64,000 nucleotides of DNA from a virus. Both the position numbers and the translations under genes were made by a program. Positions within the stretch are counted from its first letter, which is position 1. The number at the start of each line of letters is the position of its first letter. Where the stretch lies: IMG/VR virus record IMGVR_UViG_3300009431_000004; one strand, given 5' to 3'. Shown here one piece after another: positions 19,465 through 29,293 of this stretch. The notes under the pieces are model-generated. The model was not told where the DNA came from. It did not search any database and saw nothing but the letters and a program-made list of their open reading frames with translations.

Positions 19465-20289
19465 TCATGTGCGCCTCACGTCCGGGTCCACCCCTCTCCG
19501 CTCCCACTGGGGGATGAGCGGAGAATAGATGCCCTCCATGGCCCTCCACAGAGTGCTGTTCAGGCACACCGTGGAAACCTTGGTCCCGGTTTGGCCCTCG
19601 AATTGGGCCAGCCGAGTGGCCAGAGACTTCGGCAAGAAGCCTGTGCGCCTGCTCCATCCGACCACTTCCACCCATCCCGAGGGGACCAGTTCCCACAGCG
19701 GTCTGAGCAACCGAAACGACGGCACCCAGTCGAGTCCGACCACACTGGGGCGGTACTCGTATGGGACGCCCTCCCGAAGAAGGACTCGGGCGAAGTTCGC
19801 CTCCATCAAGGAACGGCAAGCGTGCGGTATGTCCGGTCGCCTGCCTCCTCTGGCACGCCCACCGTGCGTCCGGTAGCGTCTGGGGGAGAACCCGTCCGTC
19901 GATTCCCTCCGCACCTTGGTCTTTCCCGTACAACCCCGGCTGATGGCGTCCCGATGTTCATCCGTCAGGGACTTGCCCGTCCACGGGGCGGACAGCTTCA
20001 TTCTCTCCGACTGGGCCTTCCTCTCTTGGGCGGACCCCCACCGCTTGCTCGCGGCTGCGGCTTGCTTCCTCCGGCAATCCTGTGAACGGCTCCTGCTGGC
20101 CGGTGCATCCGTCAAGGCTCCGGGGAACCGAGCAAGGTAGTTGGCCGGAGAGATGTCGTGTGCGGCTCTCAGGTGCCTCCCAAGCTGCTTCCTCTCGGCC
20201 CCGCAGATGCGGCAGGACACCACGGACGGAGCCTGACCAACCACGTTACTGCCGATACCCTCTCGGGCGTTGGACGCGGAAGCCTGCAT
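19465..20289 (-). CDS. Zn-finger + NUMOD3-like + degenerate PD-(D/E)xK endonuclease (274 aa)
   Basis: ATG 20289 in TGATG overlap. CRICG...LGRHLRAAH Ros/MucR-like finger; GKSLTDEHRDAIS; RSLMEANFARVL...YEYRP...VPSFRL...EVVGW. Confidence 0.65.
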   Translation of the reverse strand: MQASASNAREGIGSNVVGQAPSVVSCRICGAERKQLGRHLRAAHDISPANYLARFPGALTDAPASRSRSQDCRRKQAAAASKRWGSAQERKAQSERMKLSAPWTGKSLTDEHRDAISRGCTGKTKVRRESTDGFSPRRYRTHGGRARGGRRPDIPHACRSLMEANFARVLLREGVPYEYRPSVVGLDWVPSFRLLRPLWELVPSGWVEVVGWSRRTGFLPKSLATRLAQFEGQTGTKVSTVCLNSTLWRAMEGIYSPLIPQWERRGVDPDVRRT

Positions 20290-20963
20290 CAGAAGGTGAG
20301 CCTCCACGTTATGCTGAGGACAGCGGTTGACGGTTTCGTGATGACCGAGAAAGTCAGGTAGTTGGCCAGAATGTCGTGTCCGGTCACGTCGATGGTCGGG
20401 TCGTAGGTGGGAGTGGGGGTTCCCGGCCCGTTGTCGATGGGATTCCGGGTGGCCGGGGAGAGGGAGTAGGTGTTCATCAGGCCCATCTCATTGAGCGGCC
20501 CGACTGCTTCGCCTTCCCCGAAGGTGGTGGTGAAGTCCACGATGTTCGTGGGGTACGCCACGGCCACGCCATCGGCGTTGCGGAACTGCGTGGAGGAGAA
20601 CGCCTTGCGGCCAATCTCCACTACGAGGCGACGCTGCTCCCGCTGCGGGGCATCCGGGGAGAGCAGGTTGCCCGGCGCTCCGGTCCCGACCCCGAGCATG
20701 ATGAGGCCGTTGTTGCGGCCCGCCGTGGGCGTCTCGCTGTCCTTGAACAGCCGGGCAGCCAAGATGCCCGCATCGAGAGTGATGATGTTGTCCAGCTCGC
20801 GCTCGTCCAGCACTTCGCCGGTCCGGGCGTCAATCATCTCGATGAACAGTTGCCCCTTCTTGGGTCCGCAGAGGAAGCTCTCAGGGAACACCCCAAGGTC
20901 GAGACAGGCCGCCTGCATGGCATCCCCGCCCATCTTTACACGGTCACGGAAGACTTGGGACAT
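20289..20963 (-). CDS. Tail-collar/baseplate fibre-base protein (224 aa)
   Basis: NIITLDAG, LGVGTG, EIGRK, FTTTFGEGEAVG, EMGL and K...LSITWRLTF match the common myovirus fibre-collar family. ATG 20963 follows GGAGAGG. Confidence 0.75.
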   Translation of the reverse strand: MSQVFRDRVKMGGDAMQAACLDLGVFPESFLCGPKKGQLFIEMIDARTGEVLDERELDNIITLDAGILAARLFKDSETPTAGRNNGLIMLGVGTGAPGNLLSPDAPQREQRRLVVEIGRKAFSSTQFRNADGVAVAYPTNIVDFTTTFGEGEAVGPLNEMGLMNTYSLSPATRNPIDNGPGTPTPTYDPTIDVTGHDILANYLTFSVITKPSTAVLSITWRLTF

Positions 20964-20989
20964 ATCCCTCTCCAAATAAACCGCAGTTC

Positions 20990-21020
20990 CTACTTGTGCG
21001 CCGAGATAGGCGCTCTATTG
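20990..21020 (-). promoter_or_regulatory. Putative late promoter motif, site C
   Basis: CAATA-GAGCGC-CTAT-CTCGGCGCACAAG-TAG. Confidence 0.6.
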
Positions 21021-21022
21021 AC

Positions 21023-24000
21023 TCAAGGGTTAGCCGCCCGAATTATTCGGGTGGACACAACACCCGGCGGCAACGAGTGTCCCCCTTCACACACAATACC
21101 GAGCCAAGGGTCGTGAACACCGCCCACGACAGTCGAAAAGCCGCCCGCGAGGAGTGAGCTTTGCCGAATTCCAGCTCCTCCGGTCAACACCCCGGACTCC
21201 CCGACTGGGGGAGGCGTGATGTCCGGGGCGACCCCGGCCAGTACGATGAGGCTTGGCATGATGGTGGTGATGACGGGCAAGTAGGACGTACTGACTGGCA
21301 TGATGGATTCCACCATCACAGTGGGCCGTCCAGCCAATGTAACGCCTGCAAAGGCGATGAGGGTAGGCACACTGGTTTGCCGGTTGATGGCTTCCGCGAG
21401 CTGCACATGCGGCTGGACCATCACCCCGAAGTCTGTTGAAACCAAGGGGACTTTGCGGCCAGTGAGGGTCACTCCCCCACCGACGAATTCGTCTTCGAGC
21501 CGGACCTGCACGCCATCGAGGGCGTCGGGGTCCGTGGTGAGGAACTCGAAGAAGCCGTGGTCCCTTTCCGGGGTCAGCGTGTCGAGGCCACCCCATGGCC
21601 CGATGTGCGAGTAGTCCCCGGCCCCGGTCATCTCTGCAAAGGCCGCCCCCATCCCGTTCGAGGGAGCCGGGCCGGACGGGTTACGGGTCCAGTTGTGGGG
21701 CCGGGACGGGGGCGTGTTGTCCACAGCGGCCCAATCCCAGTCTTCTTCCAGAGGAGTCTCCACCGCAGGGCCGGGGCCGACCGACCCGACGCTCCCGGCA
21801 GGAACGGACATGACCGACCACAGTTGCAGGTGCCAGTCGGTCCGCTGGTAGATTCTGCCCTCGCCGCGACCAGCGCGGCCCTCCTTGGAGGGGTAGTTCG
21901 GCCACAGGACAGCAGTCCCCGGACCCAGAGTCCCACCGAGAGGTTGCTGGCCGATGGGGTTGCCGTCGCCGTCCACAACGGGACCGAGGTAGCCGCCCCC
22001 CGAGGCAAACAGGACATGGCCGGGCATCCCGCCGCCCTGCTCGAAGTCGGGCTGCTTGGGGAACTCCGCCTTGTCCCAGAGCATCGTGCCGCTGAGTTCG
22101 AGGACATGAGCGCCAACTGGGCAGCCCACCTTGTCCCCGGTTGTCTGCAAGTCCGCGCTGGCCCCTGCGCCATCGAGGGGGTCGCCTCCGGTGCTACCGA
22201 CGGATGCCCCATCGTTCGTGTAGATGTCGTCGCCGCAGTCCGGGTCGAGGCCCGAGAAGCCCTGCGGGAGTGTCCCTTCACAGATGGACGAGATGAGGTC
22301 TTCCGACCCATCGTTGTCCACCTCGATGAAGTCCAGCGACTCGTAGCGAGCGCCCTCGGGGTCGCGGTGGGTCAGGATTCGATACGGGTCGTTCAGTGCC
22401 ACGCCGGGGTCGTTCAGCGTGTCGTCCGGGTCGTTGAGCCGCGTCCCGTTGACCTCTTCCCACTCCGAGTCCCCGGTCTGACTCTTGGGGACCGGCGGCG
22501 TCCCCTCGTTCAGGAGGGTCACACCGTCAAGGAGCGGCTGGTTCTGAAGGTACGTCACCGTGGCTTGGCCGGGGATGAAGATGACCTCGACGGAGACTGT
22601 CTCGCCGGAGAACTCGTAATCGTTGCCGTCCGAGTCCCTCCCCAGCGTCAGGACTTGAGAGTCCTCGTCGAAGGTGTACTGCATGTAGGTGTAGATGGTC
22701 GTCCCGTCGATGACCTTGTAGACACTGCTCGCGTACATCTGGGTCGGGCGCAGGGAGAGCCGCCTCTTGTCGAGGGTCTGCACCGCGATACGTTCGTAGG
22801 TCACGTCCTGCGTGCGCTCGCCGCTGTTGATGATGTTGGCCCGGTTGAGGACCATGCCCTGCGGCTGCATGAAGTCCACCGTGGCCACCTTGAACAAGCG
22901 GTAGCGCACGAAGTCCCATCGCTGCTGGGTGACAGAGCGTGGGTCGAAGGAACCGAAGCCCACGAACCCAAAGGTGGACGGCACGCGAGGCAGCACCGGG
23001 TATTCGAGGTTAATCCAGCCCGCCGACGGTTCTGTCGTCTCGTTGGTGAAGCCGCTGCCGGGAACACCGGGCGTCTCCGGCTGGTAGTAAGGAGGCAGAG
23101 GCATGTCCGGGCGGAAGACCGTCACACCCCACGTCGGGGTGCGGAGGATGCGGACCTCGGTCCACTCCCGCCAGTCCATGTCCTCCACGACCGGGCCTGT
23201 CTCTGCCGAGTTCTTGGTGTCCGTCGCGTCGGTCCGGGGAATCTCCCAGTTGTCGATGTCGCTCTTGTCCCCGCCTTTCCACACGCCCAGCGTGCGGTAA
23301 GACAGAGGAGGCGGCAGCATCGAGTACGACAACGAGCGCCAGCGAACTGAGCTAGCCGTCAGTCCAGCCGCGTCGTGGACGCCCCACAAGCAGGTGTCGT
23401 TGCCCGTCCCGCCGGGGAACTGGGTGTCCACGAGTGTCGGGGTCACGGCCTCATCATCGAGGAACAGGGTCACGACGCCCTGAGAGGCCACGAGCCTGTA
23501 GGTGTGGAACTCGCCGTCGTCCCAGTCGAAGGTGTAATCCTGCACGGTGACGCCGTTGGCGTCCAGCAGGCGCACCCCTCCATCGATGAGCCGAATCTCG
23601 CCGTAGTAATTGGCTTGGCCGAAATCCCCACCGATGAAGATGCCGGAGTCGTCCCCGTTGAACGTCACGGAGTCCACGGCGAACCGAGCTTCCAGTACCC
23701 GGTCGCCTTCCTCCGAGAAGCACAGCCCAGCCGTGTCGAGGTTGCCGGTGTAACGGAGGCTCTCACCCACCGACTGGGACGTGATGAAGTCCGAGATGTG
23801 AGATGCCCCAGTCCCAGAGGACCCGGCCACTTCCGTCCAGTCCTGCGCCGTCGGCGCGAGCAGGCCAGCCACGCTGATGACGGGGAGGTCGATGAGCCGT
23901 CGGTAGCAGAGCTGCCCCGGACATTTCACGTAGAGGAGGGTTGCGAGCCGTATCTCCCGGTTGCCGTCGTTCAGGACAATTTCGGTGTCCCCGGCCCCTA

Positions 24001-27000
24001 ACGTGCCTGTGTCCATCCGAAAGTTTGCCCGAAGGTCCAAGTTTGAATCAGGAGCGAAGAAGGGTTCGATTCGCTTGTACCCAAACAGAAACTTCAAACT
24101 TTCCGAGGCACTCGTAGCCTTGAGAAGCACGTCGTCATCGTTACTTAGCGCCTTCGAGTAACCGAAAGTTTGCTGGGTGTACCACTCGAAATTCGGGTCA
24201 TGCTCCGGCACCACCCCCATCTCGGTTGCCACCGCCTTCGAGTGGCTGCGGAAGTAGGACTGGTCCGGCGTGATGCCGTAACGAACGAAGGACCATGTGC
24301 TGGTGTTCGTGGCCATCCGGCTCAGGGAACCCCAGAACACCTGCCCCTCACCCGTCTGGGTCAAGATGAGGGAAGTCTCGGCGGGCATTGGGAGGACCGG
24401 GACGTTACCGTCGAGGGTAACGATGTCCGAGGTGGTCGTCCCGGACATGGCCAAGGTTGCGACCTTCTGGTCCGGGTCCGCCACGAGCCTGTAGGTCGAG
24501 AGGCCGTTCCACGGAGTCTCGAAGATGGCGGTCGGGTAGTTGTTCCCGTACTTGGTCGGGTCCGCCGGGAAGGCCGGGCTGACGGTGCAGGTCGATGTCC
24601 CGTCGCACTGGGCGACGACGTGGGTCGCCGTGTGGACCCCTGCCTGCGGGCCTTCGAGAATCTGGAAGCGGTCGCCATCCTTGAAGTCGGTCGGCACCTC
24701 CGCCGACGGCACGCTCATGGTCGTCGTGCTGGTGATGGTCGCAGTCGTCTCGGGGCCAATCTCCCACGCGCCGACCTGCTGGACCTTGCGGGGGTCGATG
24801 AGCATCCCCACATGCTGAAGGCCGTTCACGAGCAGCGCCCCCACGAGGTACAGCTCGTGGTTGTTGTGGAACCCGAAGCCGACCCCGGTGAACACACCGT
24901 CCGGGTTGATGGCCGAGGTGTCCGGGATGGTGAACCGCGTGTTGAGCGTGATGGCCGACGGGAATGTGAGGTCCAGCTCACGCCAATACATGGCTGTCTG
25001 GGCGTCGTCCGGGTCGTAGGAGCCACTCTGGGCGTCGATGAGGGTCCACGTCCCCTGCCCAGTGTTGTACGCGCCCGTGTCGGTCCCCTGAAGCGTCCAA
25101 GGAGGCGTGGCCGCCCGAGGGCTGCCTGTAGCCTCGTAAGCCACTGTAGACCCACCCACGGCCTCCTCGAAGGCATCTGTGGAGGTCTGGTGCGGGTTCG
25201 TGTTCAGGAGCAGCGTCGTGGGGCTGTTCAGGAGCGCCGAGTATTCCCGCTCGAAGCCGAGGTATCGGTGGCCGATGAGCATGGGCGACGGGCGCGTCAT
25301 GGGACCAAGGACAACCGCCATGGGGAACCGCGCCGTGTCGGGCCTCCCCTTGGGATGGTCCGGCAAGTCTTGATTCTGTTCCCCGTGGGCCGCCGGGTCA
25401 TGGTGTCCAATGCCCCGGTCCCACTTGTTGAGGACGAGGCCCAGCGTATTCAGCCCGGCCAGTTCCATCGTCGGCGTGGCAAACCACTTGTAGTCCACCT
25501 TCACGTCGATGTCGCCCGGCGGCATGAATGGAATCGGTGTGGTGAGCTGGATGCGCCCGATGTACGGGTTCACGTCCTCGACACCGACCTCGACCCCGTT
25601 GACCAAGACGGTCACGTCCTGCTTGGTTGCCGGGGTCGCGTCGCCCCAACCCTTGACCAGCGGACCGCGTTGGGTCTGAAGCCAGTCCCTCGTATCCGCG
25701 TAGGCACCCTCGAACTCGGATTCGTGGTTGTGAAGGAAGTTCCACGCCTCCGAAAAGACCGTATAGGTGGAGGTTGCCTCGACGCCGAGAATCTGGAAGC
25801 CCGTCACGCTGGTCGGGGCGTCCAAGAACAGCCACGTCACACCCGGCCCAGCGTCATCTGTCACGGTGAGGTTCGTGAAAGGTGTGACCGCGACCGGCAA
25901 CCCATCGAGCAGAAGGGCCGCCGTCTCTGCCTTCTGGTTCCAGACAAGGGACAGCGTGTGGGTGCCGGTACTCCAATCCCCCAGAACATCGACCGTGAAG
26001 GCGTTGTTGGTGAAGCTGAGAAGGTCCGTCCCAGCCGCGTCGCGCTTCAGGCCCACCCGGACGCCAAGCCCCTGTGTCGCCGGGCCGTTCTGAAAGATGA
26101 CCTCCCCGAGCGTGAATTCAGGAAGGTCGTCGAGCGCCGGGCTGTAAAGGCCCTGCCCTGCGTTGAAGGTGAAGTCCATGCGCGTCGTGGAGTCCGGGGT
26201 GATGTGGGCGACGCTCGGGACCGTAGGCTCGAAGAAGCCCCAGCCATACGGACCCCAAGCGGGGCCGGGCCGGTTCAGCCGGAGCAGGCCGCCCGATACT
26301 TCGGAGGAGCCGTTCTGGGGGTTCTGCTCTTGCCCGTCACACCCGGTGGCCGCCGAGGGAAGAACGCTGCCGTCGTACTCCACGGCGGTCGAGTTGGTGG
26401 CGATGCAGGTGTAGTCGAGCCGGGTCATCCCAGTGGTGGTCAGACCCACCTTGGCGGCGCTCCCTTCAAAGGGGTGCGTGGCCGCCGACACCCTGATGGC
26501 TATGGGGTAGTCCGGGTCCGAGGTGAAGGAGTAGGAACTGGGATTGTCGATGCCAGAACCGGGGTGCGGTTCCAGCGCCGCTGTCAGCATCGGGTAGGCA
26601 AAGGTCAGCCGGAGCATCTCTTGGTCGATAGGGGTGACTGTGTAGGGCGGTGCTTCGCCACGGCACAGGAGGACAATCGGCCCCGTATCCAGCAGGGGGT
26701 TCCCGGACATATCGGTCGGGCCGACTACCACGATGCTGTAGGTGCCTCCCTGCGTCGTCCCCGTGTGCTTCAGGATGACGGACATGGCCCCGGCGGTCCC
26801 GAGGGTGCTGTCCACCTCACCCAGCGTTTCTATCCGCACGCTCTCGATGGTGACGGATGGAGCCGCCCCTGCCACCGGGGTCAGCGTGTAGGACGCCGGG
26901 TCAAGCAGAGCCGGATTGAGGGGGTCCATCGGTTCGGTGAAGAAGACCTCGATTTCCCAGCCGGAGATGCTCAGAGCGGACGCGACCTGCGGGGGTGTCT

Positions 27001-27277
27001 TGTCCACGGACCCGTAAGGACCGAGGCCGTAGGGGTCGCCGCCGAAGCCGCCGTCGATGGGAATCTTCGGGTCGGGGAAGCCGCCTGCACCACCGTAAGG
27101 GTAGAAGCCGTAGGCCGCTCCCGCCGGAGGTGGCGTGAGGGGACTCTCGGACCAGCCTACGCCGCCGTAGCCGGAAGCCTCCGGGTGCGGAGGGCAGACC
27201 AGCACGGATGGGCATGGAGGGAACGGGCCGAACCCGAAAGGCCCGGTGTCCCAACAATCAGGAGAGCCGTTGGCCAT
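21023..27277 (-). CDS. Large wedge/appendage protein with Ig-like and LamG/lectin-like domains (2084 aa)
   Basis: DKTPPQVASA...IEVFFTEPMD Ig-like start; DWDDGEFHTYRLV and WSTGTHTLSLVW ConA/LamG-like segments; Tyr/Gly/Pro-rich N-terminus. Confidence 0.7.
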   Translation of the reverse strand: MANGSPDCWDTGPFGFGPFPPCPSVLVCPPHPEASGYGGVGWSESPLTPPPAGAAYGFYPYGGAGGFPDPKIPIDGGFGGDPYGLGPYGSVDKTPPQVASALSISGWEIEVFFTEPMDPLNPALLDPASYTLTPVAGAAPSVTIESVRIETLGEVDSTLGTAGAMSVILKHTGTTQGGTYSIVVVGPTDMSGNPLLDTGPIVLLCRGEAPPYTVTPIDQEMLRLTFAYPMLTAALEPHPGSGIDNPSSYSFTSDPDYPIAIRVSAATHPFEGSAAKVGLTTTGMTRLDYTCIATNSTAVEYDGSVLPSAATGCDGQEQNPQNGSSEVSGGLLRLNRPGPAWGPYGWGFFEPTVPSVAHITPDSTTRMDFTFNAGQGLYSPALDDLPEFTLGEVIFQNGPATQGLGVRVGLKRDAAGTDLLSFTNNAFTVDVLGDWSTGTHTLSLVWNQKAETAALLLDGLPVAVTPFTNLTVTDDAGPGVTWLFLDAPTSVTGFQILGVEATSTYTVFSEAWNFLHNHESEFEGAYADTRDWLQTQRGPLVKGWGDATPATKQDVTVLVNGVEVGVEDVNPYIGRIQLTTPIPFMPPGDIDVKVDYKWFATPTMELAGLNTLGLVLNKWDRGIGHHDPAAHGEQNQDLPDHPKGRPDTARFPMAVVLGPMTRPSPMLIGHRYLGFEREYSALLNSPTTLLLNTNPHQTSTDAFEEAVGGSTVAYEATGSPRAATPPWTLQGTDTGAYNTGQGTWTLIDAQSGSYDPDDAQTAMYWRELDLTFPSAITLNTRFTIPDTSAINPDGVFTGVGFGFHNNHELYLVGALLVNGLQHVGMLIDPRKVQQVGAWEIGPETTATITSTTTMSVPSAEVPTDFKDGDRFQILEGPQAGVHTATHVVAQCDGTSTCTVSPAFPADPTKYGNNYPTAIFETPWNGLSTYRLVADPDQKVATLAMSGTTTSDIVTLDGNVPVLPMPAETSLILTQTGEGQVFWGSLSRMATNTSTWSFVRYGITPDQSYFRSHSKAVATEMGVVPEHDPNFEWYTQQTFGYSKALSNDDDVLLKATSASESLKFLFGYKRIEPFFAPDSNLDLRANFRMDTGTLGAGDTEIVLNDGNREIRLATLLYVKCPGQLCYRRLIDLPVISVAGLLAPTAQDWTEVAGSSGTGASHISDFITSQSVGESLRYTGNLDTAGLCFSEEGDRVLEARFAVDSVTFNGDDSGIFIGGDFGQANYYGEIRLIDGGVRLLDANGVTVQDYTFDWDDGEFHTYRLVASQGVVTLFLDDEAVTPTLVDTQFPGGTGNDTCLWGVHDAAGLTASSVRWRSLSYSMLPPPLSYRTLGVWKGGDKSDIDNWEIPRTDATDTKNSAETGPVVEDMDWREWTEVRILRTPTWGVTVFRPDMPLPPYYQPETPGVPGSGFTNETTEPSAGWINLEYPVLPRVPSTFGFVGFGSFDPRSVTQQRWDFVRYRLFKVATVDFMQPQGMVLNRANIINSGERTQDVTYERIAVQTLDKRRLSLRPTQMYASSVYKVIDGTTIYTYMQYTFDEDSQVLTLGRDSDGNDYEFSGETVSVEVIFIPGQATVTYLQNQPLLDGVTLLNEGTPPVPKSQTGDSEWEEVNGTRLNDPDDTLNDPGVALNDPYRILTHRDPEGARYESLDFIEVDNDGSEDLISSICEGTLPQGFSGLDPDCGDDIYTNDGASVGSTGGDPLDGAGASADLQTTGDKVGCPVGAHVLELSGTMLWDKAEFPKQPDFEQGGGMPGHVLFASGGGYLGPVVDGDGNPIGQQPLGGTLGPGTAVLWPNYPSKEGRAGRGEGRIYQRTDWHLQLWSVMSVPAGSVGSVGPGPAVETPLEEDWDWAAVDNTPPSRPHNWTRNPSGPAPSNGMGAAFAEMTGAGDYSHIGPWGGLDTLTPERDHGFFEFLTTDPDALDGVQVRLEDEFVGGGVTLTGRKVPLVSTDFGVMVQPHVQLAEAINRQTSVPTLIAFAGVTLAGRPTVMVESIMPVSTSYLPVITTIMPSLIVLAGVAPDITPPPVGESGVLTGGAGIRQSSLLAGGFSTVVGGVHDPWLGIVCEGGHSLPPGVVSTRIIRAANP

Positions 27278-27289
27278 TCTTCCATCTCA

Positions 27290-29230
27290 CTAAATCGCGG
27301 ACCATACACCGTCGTAGTAGAAGAACGTCATCGCCGCCCCGTTGGTGTTGATGATGTACGTCGCCAACCCGCCCAGTGCGGCGTTGAACAGGTCCGTTCC
27401 CTGACAGGTCACGGTGATGTTGTTAATCGCGGCATTGCCCTGCTGGTCCTTGACCACGATGAGACGCCCGTCAGTGGGAGTATCGGGCAACACGACTTCG
27501 ACTGCGGAGGCGGTCGTCATGCAGACCGCGATGACCTCACCGGACTGCATCGAGTACGGGGTGTTGCCCGCATTTACTTCGGCTGGTTCCCATACGTCGG
27601 AGCTGCCGCCACTGCCCCCGATGATGGGGAGAACGGTGTGCGTGATATTGCCGCCCACGAGGTCGAGGTCGCTCAGGTCATCCAGCGTGACCGCACCGGA
27701 AGTCACACCGACGGTGCCTGTCGTGGCGGCCCCGAGTACCCGGTAGACACCGGAGAAGTCGCTGTGGCGGACCATCACCTCCATGTTTTCGGTAGATGCC
27801 CCCGCCGCCGCACCAACGCCGACGCCCACGGAACCCCCGCCTGCCCCGGTGCCGTGGCCCAAATGGCAGTAGTCCATGACCAAGCTCTTGGCGATTCCCT
27901 TGTAGCACCAGTTGTCCGCTTTCCCGCAATGGGCGGACGAATAGTTCAGGGTGAGTTCCGCCGAGGGGCTGGGACTCAAAATCGCGTCAGCCCCGGTGAC
28001 AGTTGTCTCGGCCAGAACCGCGAAGCACATCCCCCCTCCGGCCAGTAGAAGACCGCAGGGTTCTTCGCCCGGAGCGACGACAGTCGGGTCCGGCCCCTGA
28101 ATCATGCTTCGGCCTGCACTCAAGAAGGCCCAGTCGGTGGTGTCCCCGAGGGTCAGGGCGGTCCCCAAGTCCGCATTCTTGATGACAGAGGACTCAAGCA
28201 GGAAGGCCGAGCCACCGTCCACGAGCAGAGCGGGGCTGTCGGTCGCCACGGTGCTTTCCAGCGTGATGCCCCGCAGAATCATGGGGTTCGTTGAGGACGG
28301 CGGCGAGGTCGGAACCCCTATCATGGAGTGATAGCCCGTGACTGCCCGGACAAGGACTGACCCCGCTGGGAAAGTGGTGTCGTCGGCAGCGAACGTCATC
28401 CCGGCTTCACCCGCGTTGACGAGGAAGACGTGCGGCACGATGGCCAGTGCTTCCTCGTAGTAACCGGGGGCGACCATGATGACGTAGGGGTTCTCGTCTT
28501 CCAGCGGTGCTTCCCCGCGAGCTGCACATGCGCTCGCGTAGGTGATGGCCGCATTGATGGAGGAGAAGTCCGCAAAGCCCTGAGCTGCGATGCGAATCCC
28601 CGTCTCGTCCAGAGCCGCCGAGTCCGGGCCGGGCATCTTGATGACGTTGCTCGGGTCGTTCTGGGTTTCGGCGTTGTCCCGGCCCCTGTTGGCGTCCACG
28701 TAGAGGACTCGCCCGGACATGGCTGCCCGTCGGGTGAGCGCGAGCAGGCGCAGGATGTTCGAGTTCTGGTCGTCCGCCCAGCCCTCTGCTGAAGCGTCCA
28801 CGGGAACGATGCCGTTCGAGTCGCGCCTTTCGCCCGCTGCCACGAGCTTGAGGTTGGCGAAGGTGGTCAGGATGCGGAACCGAAGGAACATGGTGTCTTC
28901 GGTCGGCAGTCCGGCGTCCACCACGAGCCGGAGCAGGTACGAACCGTTCCAGTCCGCGTTGAACCGGCATGTCTTGGAGGTCGTGCCTTCAGGGGCGAGC
29001 AACTGGGCGTCCGAGGGGTCGCCCTCGTAGTCGTCGCCTGAAGACGCCGACGGCCCTGCCGAGTCCGGCTTGAACGCCAAGGTCCAAGCGTAGGTCGAGG
29101 CGTCGTGGACGGACGTGCTGACGACCTGATAACCCTTGAGCAGGTCGTCCCGGCTCGCGTCAACCGTTACCGGCCCGACGGGAGTCCCGCCGGGATGGTT
29201 CAGGAAAGTCGTTGTGATGCTGGCAGGCAT
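27290..29230 (-). CDS. Tail fibre/spike-like protein (646 aa)
   Basis: FSSINAAI...VIMVAPGYYEE beta-helix cap; C-terminal VVLPDTPTDGRLIVVKDQQGNAAINNITV...YDGVW repeat of the T4 gp34/gp9-gp10 type. Confidence 0.7.
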   Translation of the reverse strand: MPASITTTFLNHPGGTPVGPVTVDASRDDLLKGYQVVSTSVHDASTYAWTLAFKPDSAGPSASSGDDYEGDPSDAQLLAPEGTTSKTCRFNADWNGSYLLRLVVDAGLPTEDTMFLRFRILTTFANLKLVAAGERRDSNGIVPVDASAEGWADDQNSNILRLLALTRRAAMSGRVLYVDANRGRDNAETQNDPSNVIKMPGPDSAALDETGIRIAAQGFADFSSINAAITYASACAARGEAPLEDENPYVIMVAPGYYEEALAIVPHVFLVNAGEAGMTFAADDTTFPAGSVLVRAVTGYHSMIGVPTSPPSSTNPMILRGITLESTVATDSPALLVDGGSAFLLESSVIKNADLGTALTLGDTTDWAFLSAGRSMIQGPDPTVVAPGEEPCGLLLAGGGMCFAVLAETTVTGADAILSPSPSAELTLNYSSAHCGKADNWCYKGIAKSLVMDYCHLGHGTGAGGGSVGVGVGAAAGASTENMEVMVRHSDFSGVYRVLGAATTGTVGVTSGAVTLDDLSDLDLVGGNITHTVLPIIGGSGGSSDVWEPAEVNAGNTPYSMQSGEVIAVCMTTASAVEVVLPDTPTDGRLIVVKDQQGNAAINNITVTCQGTDLFNAALGGLATYIINTNGAAMTFFYYDGVWSAI

Positions 29231-29262
29231 GTTATCTCCCTCAGACCGTCAAAGCAGGGCCT

Positions 29263-29293
29263 CCATAGAACCGGACATATAGGCCAATCATCG
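29263..29293 (-). promoter_or_regulatory. Putative late promoter motif, site D
   Basis: CGATG-ATTGGC-CTAT-ATGTCCGGTTCTA-TGG, overlapping the upstream stop codon. Confidence 0.65.

Noticed and set aside
22385-22440. LNDP x3 short repeat in the 2084-aa gene as a DNA repeat or CRISPR-like array
   Set aside because: In-frame peptide repeat with short, non-identical units.
6568-29230. Diversity-generating retroelement or invertible fibre cassette
   Set aside because: No reverse transcriptase, invertase or near-identical template/variable repeat pair seen in the window.
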